Origin: Methanosarcinaceae archaeon
Lineage (GTDB): Archaea > Halobacteriota > Methanosarcinia > Methanosarcinales > Methanosarcinaceae
Assembly: GCA_052361065.1 (NCBI GenBank)
Contig: JBQVLY010000001.1
Span: 1 to 53,153 of the forward strand
DNA length: 53,153 bases
Direction of reading: 5' to 3'
A model generated the notes under the pieces. The model was not told the DNA's origin and did no database searches. It saw only the letters and a program-made list of their open reading frames with translations. Numbering within the stretch: position 1 is the stretch's first letter; every line of letters begins with the position of its first letter. Below, piece by piece: positions 1 through 9,408 of this stretch. The position numbers were made by a program, and so were the translations under genes.

Positions 1-208
1 CAATTATTTCAAAAAGGGTCAGGAAACTCAACCTTTAACCAAAATAGAAATATATCGGCAGGGGAATTAATAGTAATATATAGCTGGCGCATGGGGGCAC
101 GACGATATTAGGATTATCAATACCGGGCAGTGCTGTATATAGGAGATAGTAAAACTTATATTCTATGGAATAGTCTATAATGATTAATAATTTAAATATG
201 GTGGAAAT

Positions 209-556
209 ATGAAATTTGGAGAAATACTAAAAGATACCGGAGCTGAAGGTAAGGAGAAACACCTCCCTGTTATTGAGATAGGTAAAGGACGCGGAAAAAG
301 CGCGGTAGATGTTGTACGGGTATTTGTAGGTAAGGAAGTACCGCATCCAAATACAATCGAGCACCACATTGTGTGGATAGAACTATACGGAGTGAAACAA
401 GATGGACAGGTAATTGATCTTGGCAGGGCAGAATTTGCACCTGCATTTACAAATCCAAATGTTAGATTTCAGGTACCTGTTACGGAATTTAAGGCTTTTT
501 GTGCACTTTCTTATTGTAATGTCCATGGCTTATGGCAAAATTGTATGGAGTTATAG
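209..556 (+). CDS. sor: superoxide reductase (neelaredoxin / desulfoferrodoxin centre-II family)
   Basis: 115-aa ORF. KHLPVIE, HPNTIEHHIVWIEL and C-terminal CNVHGLW fit the His/Cys iron-site pattern of 1Fe superoxide reductases. It lies directly upstream of rubrerythrin. Confidence 0.8.
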   Translation: MKFGEILKDTGAEGKEKHLPVIEIGKGRGKSAVDVVRVFVGKEVPHPNTIEHHIVWIELYGVKQDGQVIDLGRAEFAPAFTNPNVRFQVPVTEFKAFCALSYCNVHGLWQNCMEL

Positions 557-574
557 TCAAATCAAGGTGGTACA

Positions 575-1069
575 ATGACAACACAAAATAACCTGAAAGA
601 AGCTTTTGCCGGAGAGTCGCAGGCGAATAGGAAATACCTTGCTTTTGCAGAAAAGGCTGAACAGGAAGGATATACTTCAGTAGCAAAACTATTCAGGGCA
701 GTGGCAGCCGCCGAGACTGTCCATGCTCTAAACCACCTGCGGGTAATGGGTGCAATAGGCAGTACTGCCGAGAACCTGAAAACTGCGATAAAAGGAGAGA
801 ATGAAGAGTTCCGGAAAATGTACCCGGAATTTATAAAAGAGGCAAAAAAAGAAAAGGCACCAGATGCAGCAATCCTGAGTTTTGATGTAGCTAATAAGGT
901 TGAAGAGATCCATTCAGGTTTATATAATGAAGCTCTGGATAACCTCGGAAAAAACAAGCAAGTTAAATATTACGTCTGCCAGATATGTGGCAATACGGTA
1001 GAAAACAACCCGCTTGATAGGTGTCCTATCTGTAATGCACCAAGTGAAATGTTTAAGAAGATCGACTGA
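575..1069 (+). CDS. rbr: rubrerythrin
   Basis: 164 aa. N-terminal NLKEAFAGESQANRKYLAFAEKAEQEGY di-iron four-helix motif plus a C-terminal rubredoxin-like CxxC...CxxC (CQICGN...CPICNA). Confidence 0.9.
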   Translation: MTTQNNLKEAFAGESQANRKYLAFAEKAEQEGYTSVAKLFRAVAAAETVHALNHLRVMGAIGSTAENLKTAIKGENEEFRKMYPEFIKEAKKEKAPDAAILSFDVANKVEEIHSGLYNEALDNLGKNKQVKYYVCQICGNTVENNPLDRCPICNAPSEMFKKID

Positions 1070-1080
1070 GGTGCCAATAA

Positions 1081-1512
1081 ATGCCTAAACTAATAATAAT
1101 ATATGGGACCGGAACCGGGAATACCGATAAAATAGCAAAGGCTATTGAAGATGGAGCAAAAAATGCAGGAATGGAAGTAACCATGAAAAAAGTGGAATTG
1201 GGTACTCCGGTTGACATTGAAAATGCAGATGCTATAGCTGTAGGTTCTGCCACATATAGGGGAGCAGCCATGCCCAGCGTTATCAATTATATAAAGGAAA
1301 TGGCAAACCAACCCCTTGAAGGGAAGATCGGGGCTACTTTCGGATCATACGGCTGGAGCGGAGAAGCACCTGATGTCATAAGTAAAATGCTTGAAGACTA
1401 TGGTATGGATGTAATTAAGCCCAGCATTAGAATTAAATTTCAACCTTCCAGTGAAGGTATCGAAGAATGTAATAAACTGGGAAAACAAATTGCAGAAAAA
1501 ATTAATAAATAA
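1081..1512 (+). CDS. flavodoxin-like protein (resembles the FprA C-terminal flavodoxin domain)
   Basis: 143 aa. IIIYGTGTGNTDKIAKAI FMN phosphate-binding loop and FGSYGWSGEA motif. Confidence 0.75.
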   Translation: MPKLIIIYGTGTGNTDKIAKAIEDGAKNAGMEVTMKKVELGTPVDIENADAIAVGSATYRGAAMPSVINYIKEMANQPLEGKIGATFGSYGWSGEAPDVISKMLEDYGMDVIKPSIRIKFQPSSEGIEECNKLGKQIAEKINK

Positions 1513-1600
1513 GTTAATGTTTCGACAGCACACACAATAGCAAAAGAGCTGCCGGATATATTGATTAAGATTAATAAATTATGAATCAGAGGTGAGCAAT

Positions 1601-2041
1601 ATGTCAAAACTTGCAGTAGTATATCTAAGTACAACAGGTAATACAAAGTTAATGGCTGATGCCATAGCAGATGGTGCCAGGTCAAGAAATGTGGATGTAG
1701 ATATAAAGAGTTTCTACGAGTGGGAAACAAAAGAGGCTGCGGCTGCTGATGCAATAGCCATTGGCTCATCTACATTTCATTACACCATGCTACCCCCGAT
1801 TGAAAAGTTCGTAGATGAACTGGTAGGAGTTGTAGCAAAAGGAAAAGATGGAGCTGTTTTTGGCTCATATGGATGGAGCGGTGAAGCCCCAACAATGATC
1901 GCAGAAAAGATGAGAAGTGGTGGTATGAATATACTGGACCCTGTACTAAGAGTTCAGTATAAGCCAAACGAAAAAGATATCAAGGAATGTCATCGGCTAG
2001 GTATGGATTTAGCAGAAAAGATAAAATCAATCAAAAAATGA
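1601..2041 (+). CDS. flavodoxin-like protein, tandem paralogue of the preceding gene
   Basis: VVYLSTTGNTKLMADAI and FGSYGWSGEAP motifs. The ORF track starts at GTG 1592, but ATG 1601 follows AGAGGTGA and is the likelier start. Confidence 0.75.
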   Translation: MSKLAVVYLSTTGNTKLMADAIADGARSRNVDVDIKSFYEWETKEAAAADAIAIGSSTFHYTMLPPIEKFVDELVGVVAKGKDGAVFGSYGWSGEAPTMIAEKMRSGGMNILDPVLRVQYKPNEKDIKECHRLGMDLAEKIKSIKK

Positions 2042-2456
2042 TGTTTTTAAGTTATCCGCTTCAAACTGAGGGTAATTGACTTCATTTTGAAATCCAAAGC
2101 CACTTAGACACTTGATTTTAATCGTCATACCTAACAGCTGCTGTTGGGAGTTTAATTTCTACATTGAAATGAATCTGTGAAACAGCACCGCACCATGTTA
2201 CGCACGTGGTGGTGGCACCTTTCTTATTTTTGACTCATAAAACCATCTGCACCACAATATAACGGTACACTTGCTAAAAAAATACAAAAATCGAATATTC
2301 GGCTAAACACAATCTGGCAAATACTTTCATAGTGCATCAAAAACAGATTGATCCCAAAGTATTGTAGTTCCAATAGGGGTGTCCGGGAGTCAATTAAATT
2401 GATTGATATTAAAATAACCTATTAAAAAACGTACATAAAAATTAAAAGAAAAAATG

Positions 2457-2652
2457 TGGGGCTGGTGAGATTTGAACTCACGATCGACGGGTCTCTCCGA
2501 ATCACTGTCATTTCAACAGCATTCTATGTGAGCACATATCAGTGCTCCAACGGTTCCTCACTGACCTGCCCCGTCGGGTAGATCTCAGTAGACCCGTTGT
2601 TCATCATTTATCCGCTGGAGCCCATCGCCATGCCGGGCTAGGCCACAGCCCC
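2457..2652 (-). tRNA. tRNA-Trp(CCA) with a 122-nt intron at the canonical 37/38 position
   Basis: Hand-folded. Acceptor GGGGCTG/CAGCCCC, T-arm GTGAG-TTCAAAT-CTCAC, anticodon stem ATGGG/CCCGT, loop CTCCAG|A. 5' exon runs 2652->2615, 3' exon 2492->2457. No CCA is encoded. Confidence 0.9.
2493..2614 (-). ncRNA. box C/D guide RNA embedded in the tRNA-Trp intron
   Basis: Read in order: ATGATGA (box C), 12 nt, CTGA (D'), GTGAGGA (C'-like), 12 nt, CTGA (D). Both 12-nt guides are complementary to the host pre-tRNA (see finding). Confidence 0.75.
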
Positions 2653-2941
2653 ATATCCATATTGAATAGTATCCGTTCAATGCATCTTATCAAAGATATA
2701 TTTAGCGGTGACGCTGGAGCTATGAGATATATTATTATCTTCAGGAATTGTTTGAAAAGCCACTGATTGAAACAAAGAAAAAAAGCAATGCCCCTCTGTG
2801 GTTAATTTTCGTTGCCATGTTCCATTTATCCAAAATATATCCAAAAGTCCCAAAAATAAATCAAAACTACAGTAAACAATCGACAAATCTTCCATCTTTT
2901 TAGTAACTTATATATCATCCCTACATCAAATATCCCATTAA

Positions 2942-4441
2942 ATGCCAGAAAAATACCGCACCCTCCCCCTGAAAAGCAACATCCAAAACCTCATACCCTG
3001 CACCCACGGCGGGCTTATAAAAAAGACCGCACAACAGCACGGCATTCGGGAACAAGAAATTCTAGACCTTAGCGCAAGCCTTAATCCAACAGGAAGTCCT
3101 TTTGGGTATCCTGCAAAAAATCCATACTTAAACCTGCAGGATATATTGCAAAAAGCGATTAAGCAAACCAGCCAGTATCCTGACAACAGATACATAGAAT
3201 TCAGGACTGCTGCAGCACAATTCATTGGTAACGGAACCCAGCCGGACAACATAATTCCTGGCAATGGTTCATCAGAAGTAATACGTCTTGTTGTTGAATG
3301 TACCATTGAAAAAGATGACATAGTACTGATCCCACAGCCCACGTTTGCCGAATACGAACAGCAATGCAGGATATTCGGGGCAAATATCATCCATACCAGC
3401 CAGTATGACATCACTAATATCACGGACGACCTGCTTGAAAAAGCGAGTATACTATTTGTATGCAATCCAAATAATCCAATAGGGACACTGATCTTTAAAA
3501 AGGATATGCAGGTTCTTGCAAAGCGATGTGAAAAAAACAGGACCCTTCTTTTTGTTGACGAGGCATTTATCGAACTATCCGACCCCGCCCAGAGTATTGC
3601 GGACATTGCATCAGGGAATGATTATGTATTCGTGCTTCGTTCACTCACCAAATCCTTCGCAATACCAGGCATAAGAATAGGGTTCGGGGTCGCATCCCTG
3701 AAAATGACAACAATTCTTGATGCTGCAAGACTTCCATGGAACCTAGGATCCATTCCGGATGCGGTAGGCACTGAACTTCTGAACATGAACGGGGGTTACA
3801 ACAGCCCTTATTTCATAAGATCACGGAAATTGATCAAAAAAGAACGGGACTATCTTACACAACGAATCTCCGGCATACGCGGGCTATCACCAGTATCAAG
3901 CAATGTCAATTATATATTAGTAGATGTAAGTGATTTCCTGATGGATTCGGACGAACTCACACAGCGCCTGGCATCCCACGGTATACTTATCAGGGATTGC
4001 AGTTCTTTTCACTCATTTGGAAATGATCATGTTCGGATCGCAGTACGGACGCGGGATGAAAATGACAGGTTCATAGAAATGTTCGGGGAAGTACTAAATG
4101 AATGGGCCAAACAGCACGCTGAAGAAAAACTTAAAAACACACTGGAAGCTGTTGCCAGTGGAACACACACAGGAAGAGACACATGTGAATATTACCCCTG
4201 CCACTTTAAAGAGCAGGACTGCACCTTTTGTTTCTGCCCATTTTATGCATGCGAAAATAAACGAACAGGTGGCAAGTGGATAGAACGCTCAAGCGGCGGC
4301 AGGGTATGGAGTTGTGTGAATTGCCACATAATACACAAACCTGAGGTTGCACAACGTATACTTGACATTCTCATGGAAAACGGGAACACTGAAAACAACT
4401 TGAAAAAAGCATGGGATCAAGTAATGGAGCCGCTTTTATGA
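2942..4441 (+). CDS. cobD: L-threonine-O-3-phosphate decarboxylase (CobD, class I/II aminotransferase fold) with a C-terminal Cys-rich domain
   Basis: 499 aa. NPNNPIG and SLTKSFAIPGIRIG (PLP lysine region) are typical of the HisC/CobD family. The C-terminal ~90 aa hold 11 Cys (CEYYPCHF...CTFCFCPFYAC...CVNCH). It is the first gene of a cobalamin operon. Confidence 0.8.
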   Translation: MPEKYRTLPLKSNIQNLIPCTHGGLIKKTAQQHGIREQEILDLSASLNPTGSPFGYPAKNPYLNLQDILQKAIKQTSQYPDNRYIEFRTAAAQFIGNGTQPDNIIPGNGSSEVIRLVVECTIEKDDIVLIPQPTFAEYEQQCRIFGANIIHTSQYDITNITDDLLEKASILFVCNPNNPIGTLIFKKDMQVLAKRCEKNRTLLFVDEAFIELSDPAQSIADIASGNDYVFVLRSLTKSFAIPGIRIGFGVASLKMTTILDAARLPWNLGSIPDAVGTELLNMNGGYNSPYFIRSRKLIKKERDYLTQRISGIRGLSPVSSNVNYILVDVSDFLMDSDELTQRLASHGILIRDCSSFHSFGNDHVRIAVRTRDENDRFIEMFGEVLNEWAKQHAEEKLKNTLEAVASGTHTGRDTCEYYPCHFKEQDCTFCFCPFYACENKRTGGKWIERSSGGRVWSCVNCHIIHKPEVAQRILDILMENGNTENNLKKAWDQVMEPLL

Positions 4442-5436
4442 TAATTACCCCTATACCGGATACAGGTGACCTGTTTTCCATTCTTTTGCTTGCATTTGCA
4501 TTCGACATCATGATTGGTGAACCACCAGCAGCACTTCATCCGGTCGTCTGGATCGGAAAAGTAATTAATATACTCAAGAATGCTGCGCCGGTTGCACACA
4601 GAAAAATCTACGGTATATTCCTTGCAATGGCCACAATCACTTTTGCATCCGGTATCGGATATCTGGCAATGGTAATATTGCTTAATCCGGCTGTGCCACA
4701 AACTCTTGGGTACCTTATAGCAGCCTATTTTCTAAAATCAACATTTTCTATTCGAAGTTTACTTGCACCTGCCCAAAAGATACATGATGACCTTGTGAAT
4801 GAAAATCTGAAAAGTGCCCGCTTAAAACTTCCGATATATGTAAGCAGGAATACTTCTAAACTCAATACCGGACAGATGTCATCCGCTGTCATTGAATCTC
4901 TGGCAGAGAACTTTGTTGATGGATTATTAAGCCCGATATTCTACTATGTCCTGCTAGGGCCATTCGGACTTGTTGGCGCATATGCCTACAAAGCCGTGAA
5001 CACACTCGACTCAATGGTTGGGTACAGGGATGATACTCATTTGGAACTGGGTTTTTTCTCTGCAAAGTTGGATGATGTTCTAAACTGGATACCTGCGCGT
5101 GTATCTGTGTTATTCATCGCAATAGCGGCATTGTTTGTAGGCATATCTGTAGATGGGGGCAGGATGGCAGGTTTTGCCCGTGCCATAAAAAGTGCAAAAG
5201 TTGAAGGACACAATACGCCATCCCCGAATTCGGGATACCCTATTGCAGCCGCATCAGGTGCGCTTGGAACACGTCTTGAAAAGCCAGGCACCTATGTTAT
5301 TGGAGATAGGTACATACAGCCAGAACCTAAAGATATAAAAAGAGCATCGCAGTTGATAGGAACTGCTTCATTTTTATCAGTTGCCGTGTTCTGTATTTCC
5401 ATTTATGTATTTGCGAACATGTTGGATATATATTGA
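4438..5436 (+). CDS. cbiB: adenosylcobinamide-phosphate synthase (CbiB)
   Basis: Membrane protein with AFDIMIGEPPAALHPVVWIGK and LDSMVGYRD motifs. ATG 4438 overlaps the cobD stop (ATGA). The ORF track gives a longer form from 4411. Confidence 0.85.
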   Translation: MIITPIPDTGDLFSILLLAFAFDIMIGEPPAALHPVVWIGKVINILKNAAPVAHRKIYGIFLAMATITFASGIGYLAMVILLNPAVPQTLGYLIAAYFLKSTFSIRSLLAPAQKIHDDLVNENLKSARLKLPIYVSRNTSKLNTGQMSSAVIESLAENFVDGLLSPIFYYVLLGPFGLVGAYAYKAVNTLDSMVGYRDDTHLELGFFSAKLDDVLNWIPARVSVLFIAIAALFVGISVDGGRMAGFARAIKSAKVEGHNTPSPNSGYPIAAASGALGTRLEKPGTYVIGDRYIQPEPKDIKRASQLIGTASFLSVAVFCISIYVFANMLDIY

Positions 5437-5474
5437 ATGAATATGACTAATATTTACATCTATGAGTGATCATC

Positions 5475-6089
5475 ATGAAATTATCAGAAATAAAATCCAG
5501 AGACTACAAAGGCGATCAACCCAATAAACCGGAAGGGGAGATCACACACGATATACTTGACATATTAGAAGATGACGGCATAACCGTTGATGTGCTACTG
5601 GATACAGCAATGAAATTGTACTTCCCGCATCCCGGTATTGAAACACAGGAATTGGCTGAAAACAGATTTCGAAAAGAATTGATGATCGCATTATCCGACC
5701 CGAATCTTTGCATTCTGATATATTCAGGTATCCTGCTTGAGCGTGAAGGAATAGCAGGAACACTGCCGAATATCAGCGCAAGTTCATACGAAAAAGATCT
5801 AACATTTATCATAGCTGATGAGGTCATCGGCATGAGCATAGCAAAGTATATCAGCGGTGACAAAGGCATGTTCGAGTATGTAAGGTTTGATAAAGAAAAA
5901 CCCGGGATACTTTCAAAAATGGGACCGTTTATGGATGATGTAATTGCCGGGTTAATTGGCGGAGTGTCTGCTAATATGTACACAAGAGGAATGGCAGAAG
6001 CAAGCACAAATGAAGATGATGAAATAGAAGACGAACCTGAAAAAAAGAAAAAATACAGCAGTAACATTGGCGGTGTGATAGCCGGATGA
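5475..6089 (+). CDS. cobZ: PgpA-family phosphatase, probable alpha-ribazole-5'-phosphate phosphatase (CobZ-like)
   Basis: IADEVIGM and FMDDVIAGLIGGV resemble PgpA motifs. It sits between cbiB and cobS, where I recall the Methanosarcina mazei CobZ being encoded (not verified here). It has an acidic/Lys-rich tail. Confidence 0.55.
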   Translation: MKLSEIKSRDYKGDQPNKPEGEITHDILDILEDDGITVDVLLDTAMKLYFPHPGIETQELAENRFRKELMIALSDPNLCILIYSGILLEREGIAGTLPNISASSYEKDLTFIIADEVIGMSIAKYISGDKGMFEYVRFDKEKPGILSKMGPFMDDVIAGLIGGVSANMYTRGMAEASTNEDDEIEDEPEKKKKYSSNIGGVIAG

Positions 6090-6916
6090 GTGCGTTTTTG
6101 CTTGCAGTACGATCAGGTTTTGGATTCCTTTCAACTATTCCGGTAGGGATTACAATGGAAGGGCTTGATGAATTGATGAAGAGAAGTTATCTTTTTGCAT
6201 TCGTAGGCGCTGTACTTGGCCTGATTATTGGTGCATCTGCCTTTGTGTTTGAGATAATTTTTCCACCGCAGATCAGTGCTGTTTTTATCATTGTATCTAT
6301 CTATTACCTCACAGGCTTAAATCATCTGGACGGCCTGGCAGATTTTGGTGATGGTGCAACAGCACATGGTTCGCTGGAGAAGAAGATCAACGCTTTAAAG
6401 GACATGTCGCTTGGGGTCGGTGGTGTGGCATATACCGTAATTACACTTATTGCGCTGTATGCATCCATAATAGCACTGCAAGACAGAGCCGTATTGCTGC
6501 ATCATATAGGAATTGATGCGGCAACAGTTGTTTTTGTGACCATGTTCATTGCAGAGGTTAGCGCAAAACAGGCAATGCTCACAATAGCCGCATTCGGAAA
6601 GCCCATTCATGAGGGTCTGGGATCAATGGCAATAAACAATACAAACATGTCGAAATTTACAATAGGATTGCTATTCAGCGCTCTGGTTTGTATGCTTGCG
6701 TCCGGTATTATCGGATATTTGGCCGTAGGAATTGTGGCACTTTTTGCATCCATTATCTCTGCACTTGTTATACTAAACATTTCCAACCGCCATTTTGGTG
6801 GTATCAACGGGGATTGCATAGGCACAGCAAATGAGATCGGGCGTATAATAGCAGTGATGGCGATCGTTGTCATGCTGCGAAATGGCATGGAGATATTTTC
6901 ATGGATGCTATTGTAA
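6086..6916 (+). CDS. cobS: adenosylcobinamide-GDP ribazoletransferase (cobalamin synthase CobS)
   Basis: Polytopic membrane protein with GLNHLDGLADFGDG and GGINGDCIG motifs. The start overlaps the cobZ stop (ATGA). Confidence 0.9.
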   Translation: MSAFLLAVRSGFGFLSTIPVGITMEGLDELMKRSYLFAFVGAVLGLIIGASAFVFEIIFPPQISAVFIIVSIYYLTGLNHLDGLADFGDGATAHGSLEKKINALKDMSLGVGGVAYTVITLIALYASIIALQDRAVLLHHIGIDAATVVFVTMFIAEVSAKQAMLTIAAFGKPIHEGLGSMAINNTNMSKFTIGLLFSALVCMLASGIIGYLAVGIVALFASIISALVILNISNRHFGGINGDCIGTANEIGRIIAVMAIVVMLRNGMEIFSWMLL

Positions 6917-7503
6917 TGGCAGGTGGCCTGGGCAAAAGACTTGGTATGGGTGAAAAACCATGTATTAAGATCATGGGCAAACCTCTTATTAGTTATGTGT
7001 TGGATACACTTGAAGAATCGAAGAAAATAGAACGTATTTTTGTGGCTGTATCACCTGCTACACCAAACACTGAAACGGTTGTGTTGAACTATTACAGTGG
7101 GCGCATAAAGGTTATCAGGACTGCCGGCGGGAATTATGTAGGAGATATGGTGTGTGCTGTTGAGAGTGCAGGCATTATTGAGCCGGTTTTAGTTATTATG
7201 TCTGATCTGCCGCTTATTGGTCCTGCCCTTATCGATTCGATTATCAGTGAATATGAAAAATGCGGCAGGCCCGCAATGTCAGTGCATGTCCCGATCTCTA
7301 TTTGCAGGAGTCTTGGTATTAGGCCGGATACCGTATTCAACAGGAATGGGAACCTGATTGTTCCTACCGGCATAAATATACTGGATGGAAAGAATATACA
7401 GCAAGAGCAGGAAGATTTCAATCTCATCCTGGAGATTCCGGAACTTGCGTTGAACATAAATATGGTAGATGACATAAAACGATGCGAGGATTTGTTGAAA
7501 TAA
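6901..7503 (+). CDS. cobY: adenosylcobinamide-phosphate guanylyltransferase, archaeal type (CobY)
   Basis: N-terminal AIVMAGGLGKRLG nucleotidyltransferase loop. 200 aa. Last gene of the cob operon, overlapping cobS by 16 nt. Confidence 0.75.
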   Translation: MDAIVMAGGLGKRLGMGEKPCIKIMGKPLISYVLDTLEESKKIERIFVAVSPATPNTETVVLNYYSGRIKVIRTAGGNYVGDMVCAVESAGIIEPVLVIMSDLPLIGPALIDSIISEYEKCGRPAMSVHVPISICRSLGIRPDTVFNRNGNLIVPTGINILDGKNIQQEQEDFNLILEIPELALNINMVDDIKRCEDLLK

Positions 7504-7961
7504 TCGATTAATATCTACTTTTTGGTGTGTATGGGTCTCACCCTCGATATGATCTGCCCTTCTCCTAACATTTGATAAATGTGATTTTGGTTATGACAAA
7601 ATCGGCTTAAAATATTACACTTCAATCAAATTTTTTAATTCCATCTCCGGATATTACCTGATAATTTTTACCGGAGAGTCCTTTTGGTCCTTAATTCCGC
7701 TTTTTTAGGCACGTCTTTGAAATTCCAGTTGTAATATACATAATATCGATGCTCCGATATATTCAGTTTCGTTTAAATGATCCGGCGCCTGAAAGTTGAC
7801 ACAACACACACCATATCTCCTACAGGATTGCTGAATAGTTAATTAATAGAGACTGTCGTAAAAGTGGTAAAATCGAAACAGTTTGATTAATATTTGTAAG
7901 TAAAACGCTATGCTGCGTAGTGAACAATTTATTTAATAAATAAGAACCCCTCTAAAATCCA

Positions 7962-9395
7962 TCATTTTTTCCAGAATTCCGGGGTAAGCAGCACAATAAC
8001 AGTAAATACTTCAAGCCGTCCAATCCACATATTTGCAATCAGTACAAGTTTGCCAAGCGGATGTACAATATCATAATTTGTCATCGGACCAACCATGTTA
8101 AATCCGGGACCAATGTTCCCAAGAGTTGCAATAGATGCCGTCAATGAACTGACAATATCCATTCCCAATACAGATAATATTCCTGCACTGATAATAAATA
8201 TCATAAGATAAATGACCACAAAAGCGATACTGGATTGCATAACATCATCCGGTACACTCTTGTTGTTTAATTTAATAGGTTTGATAGCTTTTCTATGAAT
8301 TGATTTAAACAACTCACGGCGCCCGCATTTTAACAATAACAATATCCTTACAACCTTTATACCACCGGCTGTTGAACCCGCTGAACCGCCGATGAACATA
8401 ACAGTGAACAGTACCATACGTGCAGAATCTGACCACAGGTTAAAGTCCACAGTGGCAAAACCTGTTGTAGTAGTAATAGATATTACCTGGAACACTGCAT
8501 ATCTCAATGAATCAAATATCGTGTAATCCATATCACGCCACAGCAGCATGGTAAGCAGGCCACTTGCAAAAAGAACTATTGCTAAATAAAATTTGAACTC
8601 ATCATCATTCACCAAACTTCTTTTATTCACATATAATGTCCTGTAATGAAGTGCAAAATTTGCACCTGCAATAAACATAAACAGTGTAATAATTCCCTCT
8701 ATCACAGGGCTGTTAAAAGATTTGATGCTATCGGTATATGGTGAAAAACCACCACAAGCCATAGTCGTAAATGTGTGGGTCAGTGCATCATACAGTGACA
8801 TTTTTGCAAGTAAAAGTAATGCGACTTCAACAAGGGATATCACAACATAGGCCATCCAGAGAGTCTTCGCAGTTTCCCTGATTCTGGGTTTTATTTTATC
8901 TTCAGTAGGACCTGGAACTTCCGCACGAAACAACTGGCGTCCGGCAACACCAAGTTTTGGGAGAATAGCAATGAACAACATGATAATCCCCATACCTCCG
9001 AGCCATTGTGTCATACTGCGCCAAAACAGGATACTTCTTGAATGGCTTTCAATATCAACAAAAACAGTTGCACCAGTGGTTGTGAAACCTGACATTGATT
9101 CAAAAATTGCATTAAGTGGGGATATTCCATCAAACAAAAAAGGGATTGCACCAAAAATGGCAGCAGCAAGCCATCCCATGGCTACGATCGCAAATCCGTC
9201 CCTTTGTTTCCATTCTTCGTCTGATTTATACGCAAGAGATAGAACAATGCCAGTTAGGCCTGTCACCGCAACTGCAATACTAAACGGATACAGTGGTTCC
9301 CCATAGTAATATGCTACAAATAGCGGAACTATCATTATCAATCCTAAAAAACGTAGCAATCCACCCAGAACATTAAGGACCGTCTTATAATTCAT
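7962..9395 (-). CDS. trkH: Trk-type K+ uptake protein, membrane subunit TrkH
   Basis: Polytopic, with repeated pore-loop motifs (SGFTTTGAT, TMACGGFS, TTTGFATV, AGSTAGGIKV). The MNYKTVLNVLGG start at 9395 avoids overlap with trkA; the ORF-track start is 9431. Confidence 0.9.
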   Translation of the reverse strand: MNYKTVLNVLGGLLRFLGLIMIVPLFVAYYYGEPLYPFSIAVAVTGLTGIVLSLAYKSDEEWKQRDGFAIVAMGWLAAAIFGAIPFLFDGISPLNAIFESMSGFTTTGATVFVDIESHSRSILFWRSMTQWLGGMGIIMLFIAILPKLGVAGRQLFRAEVPGPTEDKIKPRIRETAKTLWMAYVVISLVEVALLLLAKMSLYDALTHTFTTMACGGFSPYTDSIKSFNSPVIEGIITLFMFIAGANFALHYRTLYVNKRSLVNDDEFKFYLAIVLFASGLLTMLLWRDMDYTIFDSLRYAVFQVISITTTTGFATVDFNLWSDSARMVLFTVMFIGGSAGSTAGGIKVVRILLLLKCGRRELFKSIHRKAIKPIKLNNKSVPDDVMQSSIAFVVIYLMIFIISAGILSVLGMDIVSSLTASIATLGNIGPGFNMVGPMTNYDIVHPLGKLVLIANMWIGRLEVFTVIVLLTPEFWKK

Positions 9396-9408
9396 CAGAA
9401 TCACTTGT

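Noticed and set aside
2653-2941. Cobalamin riboswitch upstream of cobD
   Set aside because: I looked for a B12-box-like conserved core and multi-stem structure and saw none. The TATA-like box lies too close to the ATG for a long leader.
2938-3606. 222-aa minus-strand ORF
   Set aside because: It is antisense to cobD, which has clear aminotransferase motifs. There is no independent support.
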